A stretch of DNA of 64,000 nt from a virus, in IMG/VR virus record IMGVR_UViG_3300027835_000143, positions 1 to 64,000 of that record. One strand, given 5' to 3'. The translations under genes and the position numbers were made by a program. A model generated the notes under the pieces. That model was given only the letters and a program-made list of their open reading frames with translations, did not search any database and was not told where the DNA came from. Positions 27,363 through 36,504 of the stretch are shown here, one piece after another. Position 1 is the first letter of the stretch. Each line of letters starts with the position of its first letter.

Positions 27363-27773
27363 ATGGCCGGCATCGAGGACGACCTGGCGGACTTCCTATC
27401 AACCGGTGGGATCTCGACGACGATGTTCAAGGACTTCCTGCCGGAGCGGCCGGACGAGGCGCTGCAGATCCTCCGGACCGGTGGATACCCGCCGGTGCAC
27501 CGGATGTCGGCGACGGCCGGGAACCCGGTCGAGGAGCGGCCGACGGTGCAGATCCTGCGACGGTCGCAGTCGGTCCAGCGCGCGCTCGCGGAAATGAACG
27601 TCATCTGGCGGATGCTCGACGGCGCCGGGGACGTCACGATCAACGGGACGCGGTACTTCTGGGTCGAGGCGATGCAATCGCCGTTCCCGTTCCCGCGCGA
27701 CGAGACGAACCGGGCGCGGATCGTCTGCAACTTCATGGCGTGCAAGGCCGTGACGACGGCCACGTCGACGTAG
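27363..27773 (+). CDS. tail terminator
   Basis: LPERPD, TGGYPP, PTVQILRR, QSPFP..RDETNR..CNF. Confidence 0.8.
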   Translation: MAGIEDDLADFLSTGGISTTMFKDFLPERPDEALQILRTGGYPPVHRMSATAGNPVEERPTVQILRRSQSVQRALAEMNVIWRMLDGAGDVTINGTRYFWVEAMQSPFPFPRDETNRARIVCNFMACKAVTTATST

Positions 27774-27785
27774 CGAGGGGCTGAG

Positions 27786-28184
27786 ATGGCGACACTGGAC
27801 TATCGCGATGCGCGCATCTATGTCGATGGCTACGAGCTGTCAGGGGACTTCGACACGCTGAACGTCGCGCTCTCGGCCGAGACGCTCGATGAGACGAGCA
27901 TGGGCGACACGACGCGCATCCGCAAGGGTGGCCTGACGGTCGCGGATATCGACGGATCAGGGTTCTGGGACGGCGCGGCAGGGCACGTCGACCAGCTCGC
28001 GTTCGGGATCGTCGGCACGGACGATAAGATCATCACGGTCTTCGCGAACGGGCTGACCGAAGGGACGGCGACCGACAAGGGGTTCTCGTTCAAGGGCGTG
28101 CTGAACAAGTTTAACCTCAAGGGCACCGTCGCGCAGTTGCTCGCCTTCGACTTCGGCGCGAAGGGGAGAGGAATCGAGGCATGA
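27786..28184 (+). CDS. tail tube-like protein, paralog A
   Basis: ETLDETSMGDTTRIRKGGL; paralog of 28566..28979. Confidence 0.7.
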   Translation: MATLDYRDARIYVDGYELSGDFDTLNVALSAETLDETSMGDTTRIRKGGLTVADIDGSGFWDGAAGHVDQLAFGIVGTDDKIITVFANGLTEGTATDKGFSFKGVLNKFNLKGTVAQLLAFDFGAKGRGIEA

Positions 28185-28552
28185 TCCTCAGGTCAGTACC
28201 GCTGAAGGACGCCACGCAGGTCGCGCTCACGAGCTGCGGGCAGGGGACCGTCTTTGACGTCGGCGGCGTCTGGGCCGGGAAGAAGGCGTACGCCGGCCTG
28301 CACATCCTCAGCTCGTCGACGGGCGGATTCAAGTGCCGGATCCTCTCGAACAGCTCGTCCGGCTTCACCGGCGGCAACCCGGGGACCGTCCGGTTCAACT
28401 TCACGTGCTCGGCGGCGCGCGCGGCCGAGTGGCTGAACCCGCTGTCGACGTCGACGATCACGTCGACGGACCAGAAGTTCTGGCGCACGATCTGGGAGAT
28501 GACGACAAGCGGCGAGAGCTACAAGGCGCTCCCGTTCATGGGCATCCAGTAG
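28181..28552 (+). CDS. tail-associated beta-sandwich protein, S/T-rich
   Basis: ATGA overlap; resembles the C-terminal domain normally fused to paralog A. Confidence 0.6.
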   Translation: MILRSVPLKDATQVALTSCGQGTVFDVGGVWAGKKAYAGLHILSSSTGGFKCRILSNSSSGFTGGNPGTVRFNFTCSAARAAEWLNPLSTSTITSTDQKFWRTIWEMTTSGESYKALPFMGIQ

Positions 28553-28565
28553 AGGAGAAGATACC

Positions 28566-28979
28566 GTGGCGACACTCCACTTCCGCAACGCGAACCTCCA
28601 GGTCAACGGGGTCGACCTGAGCGCAGACACCGACTCGATCGCCCTGAACTACAGCTCGGAGATGCTGGACGAGACGGCGATGGGCGACACGACGCGCATC
28701 CGCAAGGGCGGCCTGCTCGTCTGGTCGATCGACGTGAATTTCCACCAGGACTTCTCGGCCAGCCATCCGGACGGGACGTTGTTCTCGCTGATCGGGACGA
28801 CGGTCTGCGTCGAGTGCAGGCCGAACAACGTCTGCTCGACGACGATCAACCCGATCTACTCCGGCGTCGGCATCCTGGAGAAGTACAACCCTCTGGGCGG
28901 CAAGGTCGGCACGCTGCTCGACGCGCCGATGACGATCCAGAGCGCCGGAACGCTCTCGCGGAATACGACCGCGACGTAG
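28566..28979 (+). CDS. major tail tube protein, paralog B
   Basis: Strong RBS; VNGVDLS, EMLDETAMGD, FHQDF, NPIYSG, GKVG. Confidence 0.75.
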   Translation: MATLHFRNANLQVNGVDLSADTDSIALNYSSEMLDETAMGDTTRIRKGGLLVWSIDVNFHQDFSASHPDGTLFSLIGTTVCVECRPNNVCSTTINPIYSGVGILEKYNPLGGKVGTLLDAPMTIQSAGTLSRNTTAT

Positions 28980-28982
28980 CCG

Positions 28983-29696
28983 ATGCCGACGTTCGGATCC
29001 CTCTACACGGGGCTCGGCGGGTTCGACTGCGGGCTCGTCAAGGCCGGCTACCGCTGCCGCTGGCAGGCGGAGACGGACGCCGACTTGCGCGCGCACCTCG
29101 CGCGCCGGTTCCCGGACGCGCGGCAGCACGAGAGCGCGGCGGCGGCGAGGAGCGACGAGATCGCGGACGTCGACCTCGTCTACGCGGAGATCCCGCTCGG
29201 GTCATTCGGGCCGGAGTGGGCGATGCCGGCCGTCGAGGTCGCGCTCACGCGCGCGTCCTGGCTCCTGCTGGACGGCTCTCCGGCGCCGTGGCTCGAGATC
29301 GGGGCGCCGAGTGTGCAGCTGATCGCGCACGGCTGGCGCGTCTCCTACCGTTACATCGTCTATGCGACGGACGGGCCGACCGGCCGGTCGCTCGTCCGTA
29401 AGCGCGTCTGGATGCTCGCCAGCCGGACCGGACACCCGTCGGCCGTCATGGACCTGCTTCACCTCGATCCTGACGAGCCGGACGGGCGTCCGCAGCCGGT
29501 ACCTGGCGTCGTCGGCGAGACGGACGCGGCGGCGCTCGCGGACGTCGAGGCGATCCGCATGCTGCCGTCCGGCTGGACGGACGGCCTGCCGGAGGCGGAC
29601 GCGCGCGACGGGCTGGCCGGCGCCGCGAGCCCGGCGGTCGGATATGCGTTCGGACTGGTGCTGAAGGAGATCGGCGGATGCGTGCGAGCGGCCTGA
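28983..29696 (+). CDS. degenerate C5 cytosine DNA methyltransferase-like protein
   Basis: SLYTGLGGFDCGL..AG..WQAE motif I/II retained; catalytic PC replaced by EIPL; RKRVW and LPSGWT retained. Confidence 0.7.
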   Translation: MPTFGSLYTGLGGFDCGLVKAGYRCRWQAETDADLRAHLARRFPDARQHESAAAARSDEIADVDLVYAEIPLGSFGPEWAMPAVEVALTRASWLLLDGSPAPWLEIGAPSVQLIAHGWRVSYRYIVYATDGPTGRSLVRKRVWMLASRTGHPSAVMDLLHLDPDEPDGRPQPVPGVVGETDAAALADVEAIRMLPSGWTDGLPEADARDGLAGAASPAVGYAFGLVLKEIGGCVRAA

Positions 29697-29986
29697 GCGG
29701 GGAGCTACGGTACGGCTATGAGACGGCCGCGCGGCTCGGCACGTGGGCGATCGAGAGTGACGGCACGGCGTTCCGGTTCTCGGCGGTGGTCACGCAGGCG
29801 CATGAGCTGTGGGCGCTGCGACGGCCGCTGACGCTCGTGCTCGCGCTCGGGAACTTCGAGTGGTCGTGGACTGGCCTCGATCCGGCGATCGCAGGCGCGC
29901 GAGCGGAGGTCGTCCTGACGCGCAGGCCGGACATGACCGGGCCGCGCCAGGACGTGTCGGCTGAAACAGCAGGAGGAATGAAGTGA
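29678..29986 (+). CDS. hypothetical tail-region protein
   Basis: Between the tube and chaperone genes; beta-rich. Confidence 0.55.
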   Translation: MRASGLSGELRYGYETAARLGTWAIESDGTAFRFSAVVTQAHELWALRRPLTLVLALGNFEWSWTGLDPAIAGARAEVVLTRRPDMTGPRQDVSAETAGGMK

Positions 29987-30444
29987 TGGCAGGCGTGAAT
30001 CCATGGATCGTCGACCCGAACGGGCCGGACGCAGAGCGGACGCTAACCCTGACGGTGCCAGGCATCGGTCCTGACGGCGGCGACCTGACGCTATGGGTCA
30101 GGGTCAAGTCCCAGCTGTCGATCGGGCAGCAGCGGAAGATGCTGAAGAACATCCAGACCATCTCGCAGCCGGTCGCGTCGATCGGCGCGAAGCAGGACGC
30201 GACGGCCACGTTCGAATGGACGGACTACAGCTTCGCGCGGATGGGCGCGTACATCAACGACTGGTCACTGGCGCACGACCAGGAGACGGCCCACCGGCTG
30301 CCGGCGACGCGCGCCAGCTACGAGGCGCTCAGCGAGGAGGTCTTTAAGGTCATCGACGTCGCGCTCGACGCGCACGAGAAGGCGATGGCCGACGAAAAAA
30401 AAGCGAGGCGTTCAGAGAGCAGGCTGAAAGTGATCTCGGCGTGA
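29983..30444 (+). CDS. tail assembly chaperone (G)
   Basis: Upstream of tape measure; INDWSL, EKK slippery end. Confidence 0.75.
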   Translation: MMAGVNPWIVDPNGPDAERTLTLTVPGIGPDGGDLTLWVRVKSQLSIGQQRKMLKNIQTISQPVASIGAKQDATATFEWTDYSFARMGAYINDWSLAHDQETAHRLPATRASYEALSEEVFKVIDVALDAHEKAMADEKKARRSESRLKVISA

Positions 30445-30554
30445 TGCTGCTCACCGGATGGAGCTACAGGCAGCTCTGCGAGCTGCCTGACGGCTACTTC
30501 CCGGTACTGATCCAGGTGCTCCAGAAGCGCGCACGGGAGCGACAAGGACGCTGA
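30395..30554 (+). other. programmed -1 frameshift site (8-A run at 30395-30402) and G-T extension
   Basis: -1 frame reads SEAFREQAESDLGVMLLTGWSYRQLCELPDGYF.. to TGA 30552-54, 4 nt before the tape measure start. Confidence 0.85.
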
Positions 30555-30558
30555 CGAC

Positions 30559-33500
30559 ATGCCTGTAAATGTCGGAACGATACAAGCCGTGCTCCAGCTC
30601 CGCGACGAAATGAGCGCGAAGCTCAATGAGGCATCGCATAACCTCTCCGGGTTCGGGCAGGAATCCGTCTCGACGAGCACCGTCGTGAAGGCCAGCATGG
30701 CCGCAGCGGCAGCCGCAGTGACGGCCGTGGCCGCGTCGATCTACGAACTCGGCAACCGCGGGTCCGACGTCGACGACGTCCGGGCCGCGTTCGAGCGCAT
30801 GACGCACAGCATGGGCACGGACGCGACTGAGGCCATCGCCGCGCTGCGCAAGGGCGTCGTCGGCACCGTCGGCGACTACGACCTCATGATCGCGTCGAAC
30901 AAGCTGATGGGCGCTGGGATGCATCTCACGGCGGACCAGTTCGGCATGGTCGCGACCGCGGCGCGCGCGCTGGCGAAGAACACCGGCAAGGACATCCCGG
31001 AGGCGTTCGACCTCGTCGCCGGCGCGCTGACGACCGGGCGTGTCCGGTCACTGCAGGCGGCCGGCGCGCTGGTCGAGATAAAGGGCGCGAGCGCGGAGCT
31101 GACCGCGCAGCTCAAGGCCGAGGGCGAGGGCATGACGACCGGCGCCGACATGGCGACGAAGCGCGGCGCCGTGATGGAGACGCTGGCGCAGATCGTCAAG
31201 CAGAGCGGCGTCTCCGAGGCCGACTTCAAGGAGAAGGTCGACGCCGGGATCACCAGCTTCCGCAACTGGATCGACGACCTCGCCGTCGCCGTCGCGAACT
31301 CGCCGGTCTTCGCCAAGATGCTCGACGGCATCGGTGCCGCCTTCAGCGAGGCGTTCGGCGGCAAGCAAGAGGACTCGATCCACGCGATCGTGCACGGGCT
31401 GGAGCAGGCTGCGACTATCATCGCGGACGTCGGTGTCGTCGCCCTGCAGGCTGGCAACGTGTTCGTCCAGGTATGGGGCGGGATCAAGACGGTCGTGCTC
31501 GGCGTCGAGACGGTCATCCTTGGACTAGTTACCGCAGTCGGCGAGGTCCTGCTCGTGGCTGAGAAGCTCGCCGTTAAGCTCCATATCTTCCCGCCGGAGG
31601 AGGTCGCGCGGATCCAGTCGACGCAGAACGCCCTGCGGCAGATGACGGTCGGTCTCGCGCTGGAGACCGCCGAGGCGGCGAAGACGGCGGCCGGCAACTC
31701 GGAGGCGACGAAGACCATCGACAGGATGAGCGGCGCGCTCTACAAGATCAAGGACGACATGGCGGCCGCGTCGTCTGCGGCGACCACGCACGCCGCGGCG
31801 GCCACTGGTGTCGGCGGCGCGTGGGCCGGCGCGGCTGGCGGGATGGCGATGGCCAGCGCGGCATCCGTGGCGGCCGCGAAGGCGATGCGCGAGCTGACGG
31901 CCGAGGTCGAGTCCGCGTTCCTGCATGGCGTGCCGATGAACACGATGATCGCCGACTACGGGGACAAGGCGTACAAGGCGGTCGCCGCGTCCCTCGCACT
32001 CGGCGGCGCGATCTCTGACGTGACGGCCCAGATGGCCGCGTCGTACATGCTGCAGGAGGCGCACAAGATGGAGACCGCCGGTCTTACCGGCGAGATCAAG
32101 CCGATTGGCGCCAGCACAGAAGACCAGTACAAGCGCGAACTGGCGAAGGCCGACGAGTACTGGAAGGCGTACGAGACGCTCCAGACGAACGCGCTCAAGC
32201 GCGGCAGCGACGAAGCCGTCGCCGTCGCCCAGCAGCACGTGGACCTGGACAAGATGCGCGGCGCCTCGCACGCCCAGCTCTTCGCCGACATGGAGCAGGT
32301 CGAGGTCGCGAAGGCGAAGAGCGGCATCGAACAGGAGAATCGCCGGTTCGAGCTGGCGACAGATGGTGTCAACAAGCTGTCTGACACCTACCGCGTCATG
32401 GCTGAGGATCACCGGCAGGCCGTCGCGCAGATGACCGCGGACTACGGACGCGGCGTCGCGACGCGCCTCGAAGCGGAGAAGGGCGCCGACTTCGGCCAGA
32501 CGTTCAAAGCCGCGTTCGCCGCGCTGCCGCAGGCGCTGCTCGCGGCGTTCCAGGGCGGTGGCGACATCGGGAAGACGATCGGCGGCCTGTTTGGGACGCA
32601 TATCTTCGGCCCAGAGTCCGGGCTGACGAAGCACCTGACGGGCCTGATGTCGGCCCATCTTGGCAAGACGATCGGCGGGGCGCTAGGGACGATGATCCCA
32701 GGGATCGGCACACTCCTCGGCGGCATGGCTGGGCAGCTGATCGGACCGCTGATTGGGAAGATCAGCGGCTTCTTCGCGCACCTGTTCGGCGGCGCGAGCG
32801 ACCAGGAGAAGGCTGGTAGGCAGCTGACCGACCAGTTCGCGGCGTCGATGGGTTCGCTGGCGTCGGCGGCGGACCAGGCCGAGATCCGCGCGAACGAGGC
32901 CGCCGGCGCGAGCGCGAAGTGGGCGGAGACTGCCGTCACGGTCAAGAACGCGTACGTCGCCGTCGGACGTTCCGGGGAGGAGGCGCTCGCCGACGTCCAG
33001 CGCCTGTTTGACGCAGAGAAACAGGGTGGCGGCGCAGTACAGAAGGTGATCGATGAGATTACGGCGAAGATGCACGCTCAGGAATCGCAAGCGACTGCAA
33101 CCGCTGAGACGTGGCTTGGTTCTATGGATACGGCTACCGCGGGCGTCATTTCTGGCGTAGACGCGACAGGGCGAGCATTTAGCGATGTCGGCCAGTCAGC
33201 CGTCGGCGCAGCGAAAGTCGCTGCCTCGGCATGGCAGATGGCCGTCAACAGCGTCGACGTCTCTAGGCTGAAGCAGCAGTTCAACTTCTCCTACACGTCC
33301 GGCGGCGGCACCGGCGAGCAGAGCACGAGCGAGGGCCGGAACGAGTCGCACATCTTTGAGGGGATGTCGGCGGCGGAGGCCGCGGCGGTCTGGCTCGCGG
33401 ACGTCGCGAGCAGAGGGTCGACGGAGCAGGACTGGAATCGCGTCAAGGACCAGTACGGGTTCGCGGCCGGCGGCATCGTCACGGGGCCGGTCGACGCGCG

Positions 33501-33681
33501 GATCGGCGAGGGCGGATCGCCGGAGATGGTGCTGCCGCTCCCGACCGGCGGCGGACCGGTCTACGACGCCGACGTCCACGACGAGATCCGGAAGCTCCGT
33601 GAGGATGTCGCCGCGATGCAGCGCGACCAGCCGCGCGCGCTCGCGATCGCCATCCGGGACGCGCTGACACTGGCACGATAG
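30559..33681 (+). CDS. tape measure protein
   Basis: 1040 aa, Ala-rich helical; N-terminal VGTIQAVLQLRD; C-terminal FAAGGIVTGP..IGEGG.PEMVLPL. Confidence 0.92.
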   Translation: MPVNVGTIQAVLQLRDEMSAKLNEASHNLSGFGQESVSTSTVVKASMAAAAAAVTAVAASIYELGNRGSDVDDVRAAFERMTHSMGTDATEAIAALRKGVVGTVGDYDLMIASNKLMGAGMHLTADQFGMVATAARALAKNTGKDIPEAFDLVAGALTTGRVRSLQAAGALVEIKGASAELTAQLKAEGEGMTTGADMATKRGAVMETLAQIVKQSGVSEADFKEKVDAGITSFRNWIDDLAVAVANSPVFAKMLDGIGAAFSEAFGGKQEDSIHAIVHGLEQAATIIADVGVVALQAGNVFVQVWGGIKTVVLGVETVILGLVTAVGEVLLVAEKLAVKLHIFPPEEVARIQSTQNALRQMTVGLALETAEAAKTAAGNSEATKTIDRMSGALYKIKDDMAAASSAATTHAAAATGVGGAWAGAAGGMAMASAASVAAAKAMRELTAEVESAFLHGVPMNTMIADYGDKAYKAVAASLALGGAISDVTAQMAASYMLQEAHKMETAGLTGEIKPIGASTEDQYKRELAKADEYWKAYETLQTNALKRGSDEAVAVAQQHVDLDKMRGASHAQLFADMEQVEVAKAKSGIEQENRRFELATDGVNKLSDTYRVMAEDHRQAVAQMTADYGRGVATRLEAEKGADFGQTFKAAFAALPQALLAAFQGGGDIGKTIGGLFGTHIFGPESGLTKHLTGLMSAHLGKTIGGALGTMIPGIGTLLGGMAGQLIGPLIGKISGFFAHLFGGASDQEKAGRQLTDQFAASMGSLASAADQAEIRANEAAGASAKWAETAVTVKNAYVAVGRSGEEALADVQRLFDAEKQGGGAVQKVIDEITAKMHAQESQATATAETWLGSMDTATAGVISGVDATGRAFSDVGQSAVGAAKVAASAWQMAVNSVDVSRLKQQFNFSYTSGGGTGEQSTSEGRNESHIFEGMSAAEAAAVWLADVASRGSTEQDWNRVKDQYGFAAGGIVTGPVDARIGEGGSPEMVLPLPTGGGPVYDADVHDEIRKLREDVAAMQRDQPRALAIAIRDALTLAR

Positions 33682-33684
33682 GGT

Positions 33685-34500
33685 ATGTCGAACGTCCTGG
33701 CGCACGTCTTCGTTTCCGCCAAGGTGGCGTCCGCCGATGCGACCCTCGTCGACTCCGCGAAGTGGAACGACGGCCACGTGTTCACCGGCGGCGCGAACGG
33801 GAACCTGCTGTTCCGTGACACGACGGACGCGACGTACGGTGCGGCGTGGTCCTCTGGCCTGACATATCTCAGCAGCGTCCTAAAGAACGCGGTCAACGGT
33901 CTTGCGGCCACGTCAACCGACGGCTATGTCCTGGCGAACGAGACAGCAGCCACAGCTGGTGTCCCGGTCCAGCAATCTCCTCGACTCAGGTTCCGCAGCA
34001 ACGTCTGGAACACCACAGCCGTGGCGGCGAACAATACGGATGATTGGTGGATTGAGAGCGTCCCGGTCAGCGGACTGACACCATCAGGGCTGCTGAAGAT
34101 TGTGAGTTCGCTGAATGGAGGGGCTGCTCGAAACGAATTAACGCTGACTGGGGGCGCGGGAGGAATCGGGCTCACCATCATCAGTAACATCACCACCAAT
34201 AGCGGGCTGATCGCAGCTGCTGGAGGATTCTTATCCTTTAATACACGTGGGGCCATCTATTCCCCCGCTGATGCCCAATTCAATTTCTTCAAAGCTGATC
34301 AGGTGACAGGCGTTGGTCTGGATTGGGGGACGGCGAATGTATTTAAGTTTCGCACCTCGGCCCAGACCGGCTACGCGACGGTGGATGCGCTGGCGTACTG
34401 GGTGAGCGGAGTGGCTGGCATCGATGCCACCGTGACGACGGGATTGCTGGTGGGCAAGACGATGACGTTCTCAAAGGGCGTTCTGACCGCATTCGCATAG
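33685..34500 (+). CDS. putative fibre/receptor-binding protein
   Basis: N-terminal HVFVSAKVASADATLVDSAKWNDGH related to 11313; G/T/A-rich; lower-GC body. Confidence 0.65.
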   Translation: MSNVLAHVFVSAKVASADATLVDSAKWNDGHVFTGGANGNLLFRDTTDATYGAAWSSGLTYLSSVLKNAVNGLAATSTDGYVLANETAATAGVPVQQSPRLRFRSNVWNTTAVAANNTDDWWIESVPVSGLTPSGLLKIVSSLNGGAARNELTLTGGAGGIGLTIISNITTNSGLIAAAGGFLSFNTRGAIYSPADAQFNFFKADQVTGVGLDWGTANVFKFRTSAQTGYATVDALAYWVSGVAGIDATVTTGLLVGKTMTFSKGVLTAFA

Positions 34501-34502
34501 CA

Positions 34503-34940
34503 ATGGGGCGAGAAGCGAGATACAACGAAACAAGGCGACAAATGAAGCGACTATTAGTATTCGATGGCGGAGATGAAAGCAAGCGGATCTGCGTGGCGCT
34601 CCTGATGTCCTTGCGCTTCGGGCGCAGCCTCACGCAGACGGCACCTGGCAAGGCCGTCCTGCGGCAGGAGCGCGACATCAAGCGCGCGTTCGCGGTTGTC
34701 ACGGAGCCGGACCCAGAGAAGGCCAATGACCTGCTCTGCCAGAAATGCGCGCACAAGGTCATGGAGCGCGATCCGGTCGCGCGGCGCCTGCTCTCTGGAG
34801 GCGGAACGGTCGAACTCATCGACGCCGACGTCGAGCTGCTCACTGAGCGCATCGACAAGGGGCCGTGGACTGGTGACGTATCGGAAGACATGGCGGACGC
34901 GTTGGACTTCCTCGTGCGTGCCCCGGAGGCGAAGGCGTAG
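34503..34940 (+). CDS. hypothetical protein (possible fibre chaperone)
   Basis: Follows the fibre; helical. Confidence 0.55.
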   Translation: MGREARYNETRRQMKRLLVFDGGDESKRICVALLMSLRFGRSLTQTAPGKAVLRQERDIKRAFAVVTEPDPEKANDLLCQKCAHKVMERDPVARRLLSGGGTVELIDADVELLTERIDKGPWTGDVSEDMADALDFLVRAPEAKA

Positions 34941-34943
34941 GGC

Positions 34944-36503
34944 ATGAGTATCTCCATCAGGTCACGCATCGAGATCATGCTCGGCGGGGCGGACATCGCG
35001 TTCGACCCGTTAGCATTCGACATCTCCGCGTTCGATGCGGCGTGGACGGACATCTCAGATGACGTGCTCGGCCAGGTGTCGGCGCGGTACGGCATCCAAG
35101 GGAATGGCCCGAAGGACGGCACGGCGAGCGGCGGCGAGCTGCACTTCGACCTCGACAACAGCGCGCAGAACGCCGGAGCGACGCTCGGCTGGTACTCGCC
35201 AGCCTCGGCGAGCGTCCGCGCCGGCTGGACGTACGGCGTGACGGTCCGTTGGGTACTGACCTATTCAGGCACCGACTACACGCGCTTCCGAGGGAAGGTC
35301 GGTTCGATTCAGCCGGACCCTGGCCTCGCTATGGCGCGGCGCGTGCACGTCGTCGTCTACGACCACATGCGCGACCTCATGGATGCCGACGTGAGGCAGG
35401 TGACGACACAGATCTCGAAGAATGAGAACGATCTGATCACGGCCGTCCTCGCCGCGCTACCTTCGTCCTCGCAGCCGCCGGCGACCAGCTTCGATTCCGG
35501 GCTCGACACCTACGCCTACGCGTTCGACAACGTCCGTGGTGGCGTGAAGGCCGGCACGCTCCTGAATGACATCGTGCTGAGCAGCTTCGGCGCGCTCTAC
35601 ACAAAGGGCGACGGGACGCTCGTGTACAAGACGCGCCGGTCGCGGTCGCTCGCCGTCAGCGCCGCGACGCTGTCGGATACCATGCGCGGTCTCACGGTGC
35701 CGTCGACGCTCGACGGAATCTTCAATCGCGTCCGAGCCGTGATACATCCGAAGACGGTCGACGCGGCGGCGACGACCGTGCTATGGGCGCAGACAGGGAC
35801 GGCGCCAAGCCTGAGCCCTGGCTCATCGACGACGATCTGGGGGACGTACCGCGACCCTACGAATACGTTGAAGCTGATCGGCGCGACGGCGCAGGTCACG
35901 CCGATCGTCTCGACGACGGACTACACGGCGAATAGCGCGAGTGACGGGAGCGGGTCGGACCTGACGGCGAACATGAGCGTGGTGACAACGGCGTTCGCGA
36001 CGACTGTGCAGTTCGTCGTCACGAATACCGGAACAGCGACGCTCTACGTCACGAAGCTCCAGATCCGCGGGAAGGGCATCTATGACAACGGGCCGCGGAC
36101 GTTCGAGAACTACGTCGCGCAGAGCTACGGCGACCGGCCGGTCACGATCGACCTACCGTATCAAGACGATGCCGCAGTGGCGCAGGATATCGCCGCCTAC
36201 ATCGCGGCGCAGTTCGGCAACCTGACGCAGCAGATCTCTGACGTCACATTCTGGACGCAGGCATCAGCCGCGCTCGCGACCGCCGCGCTGACGCTGGAAC
36301 CGACCGACGTCGTGACGCTGACGGAGACGGTCAGCGGCCTCAGCGCCGTCAAGGTAGTGATCCAGGGCGTCGAGTTCGTCTGGAACTCCGCGAAAGAACT
36401 GCTCTGCAAGTGGCGTCTCGCGCCATCGTCGCCGTTCACGTTCTGGCAGCTCGGGACGGCCGGCGCGTCCGAACTCGGCCAGACGACTGTCCTGGGGTTC
36501 TGA
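34944..36503 (+). CDS. tail tip/hub protein
   Basis: WTDISDDV, FDLDN, FRGKV, LYTKGDGTLVYKTR, IFNRVR, QSYG, C-terminal LGTAGASELGQTTVLGF. Confidence 0.75.
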   Translation: MSISIRSRIEIMLGGADIAFDPLAFDISAFDAAWTDISDDVLGQVSARYGIQGNGPKDGTASGGELHFDLDNSAQNAGATLGWYSPASASVRAGWTYGVTVRWVLTYSGTDYTRFRGKVGSIQPDPGLAMARRVHVVVYDHMRDLMDADVRQVTTQISKNENDLITAVLAALPSSSQPPATSFDSGLDTYAYAFDNVRGGVKAGTLLNDIVLSSFGALYTKGDGTLVYKTRRSRSLAVSAATLSDTMRGLTVPSTLDGIFNRVRAVIHPKTVDAAATTVLWAQTGTAPSLSPGSSTTIWGTYRDPTNTLKLIGATAQVTPIVSTTDYTANSASDGSGSDLTANMSVVTTAFATTVQFVVTNTGTATLYVTKLQIRGKGIYDNGPRTFENYVAQSYGDRPVTIDLPYQDDAAVAQDIAAYIAAQFGNLTQQISDVTFWTQASAALATAALTLEPTDVVTLTETVSGLSAVKVVIQGVEFVWNSAKELLCKWRLAPSSPFTFWQLGTAGASELGQTTVLGF

Positions 36504-36504
36504 C

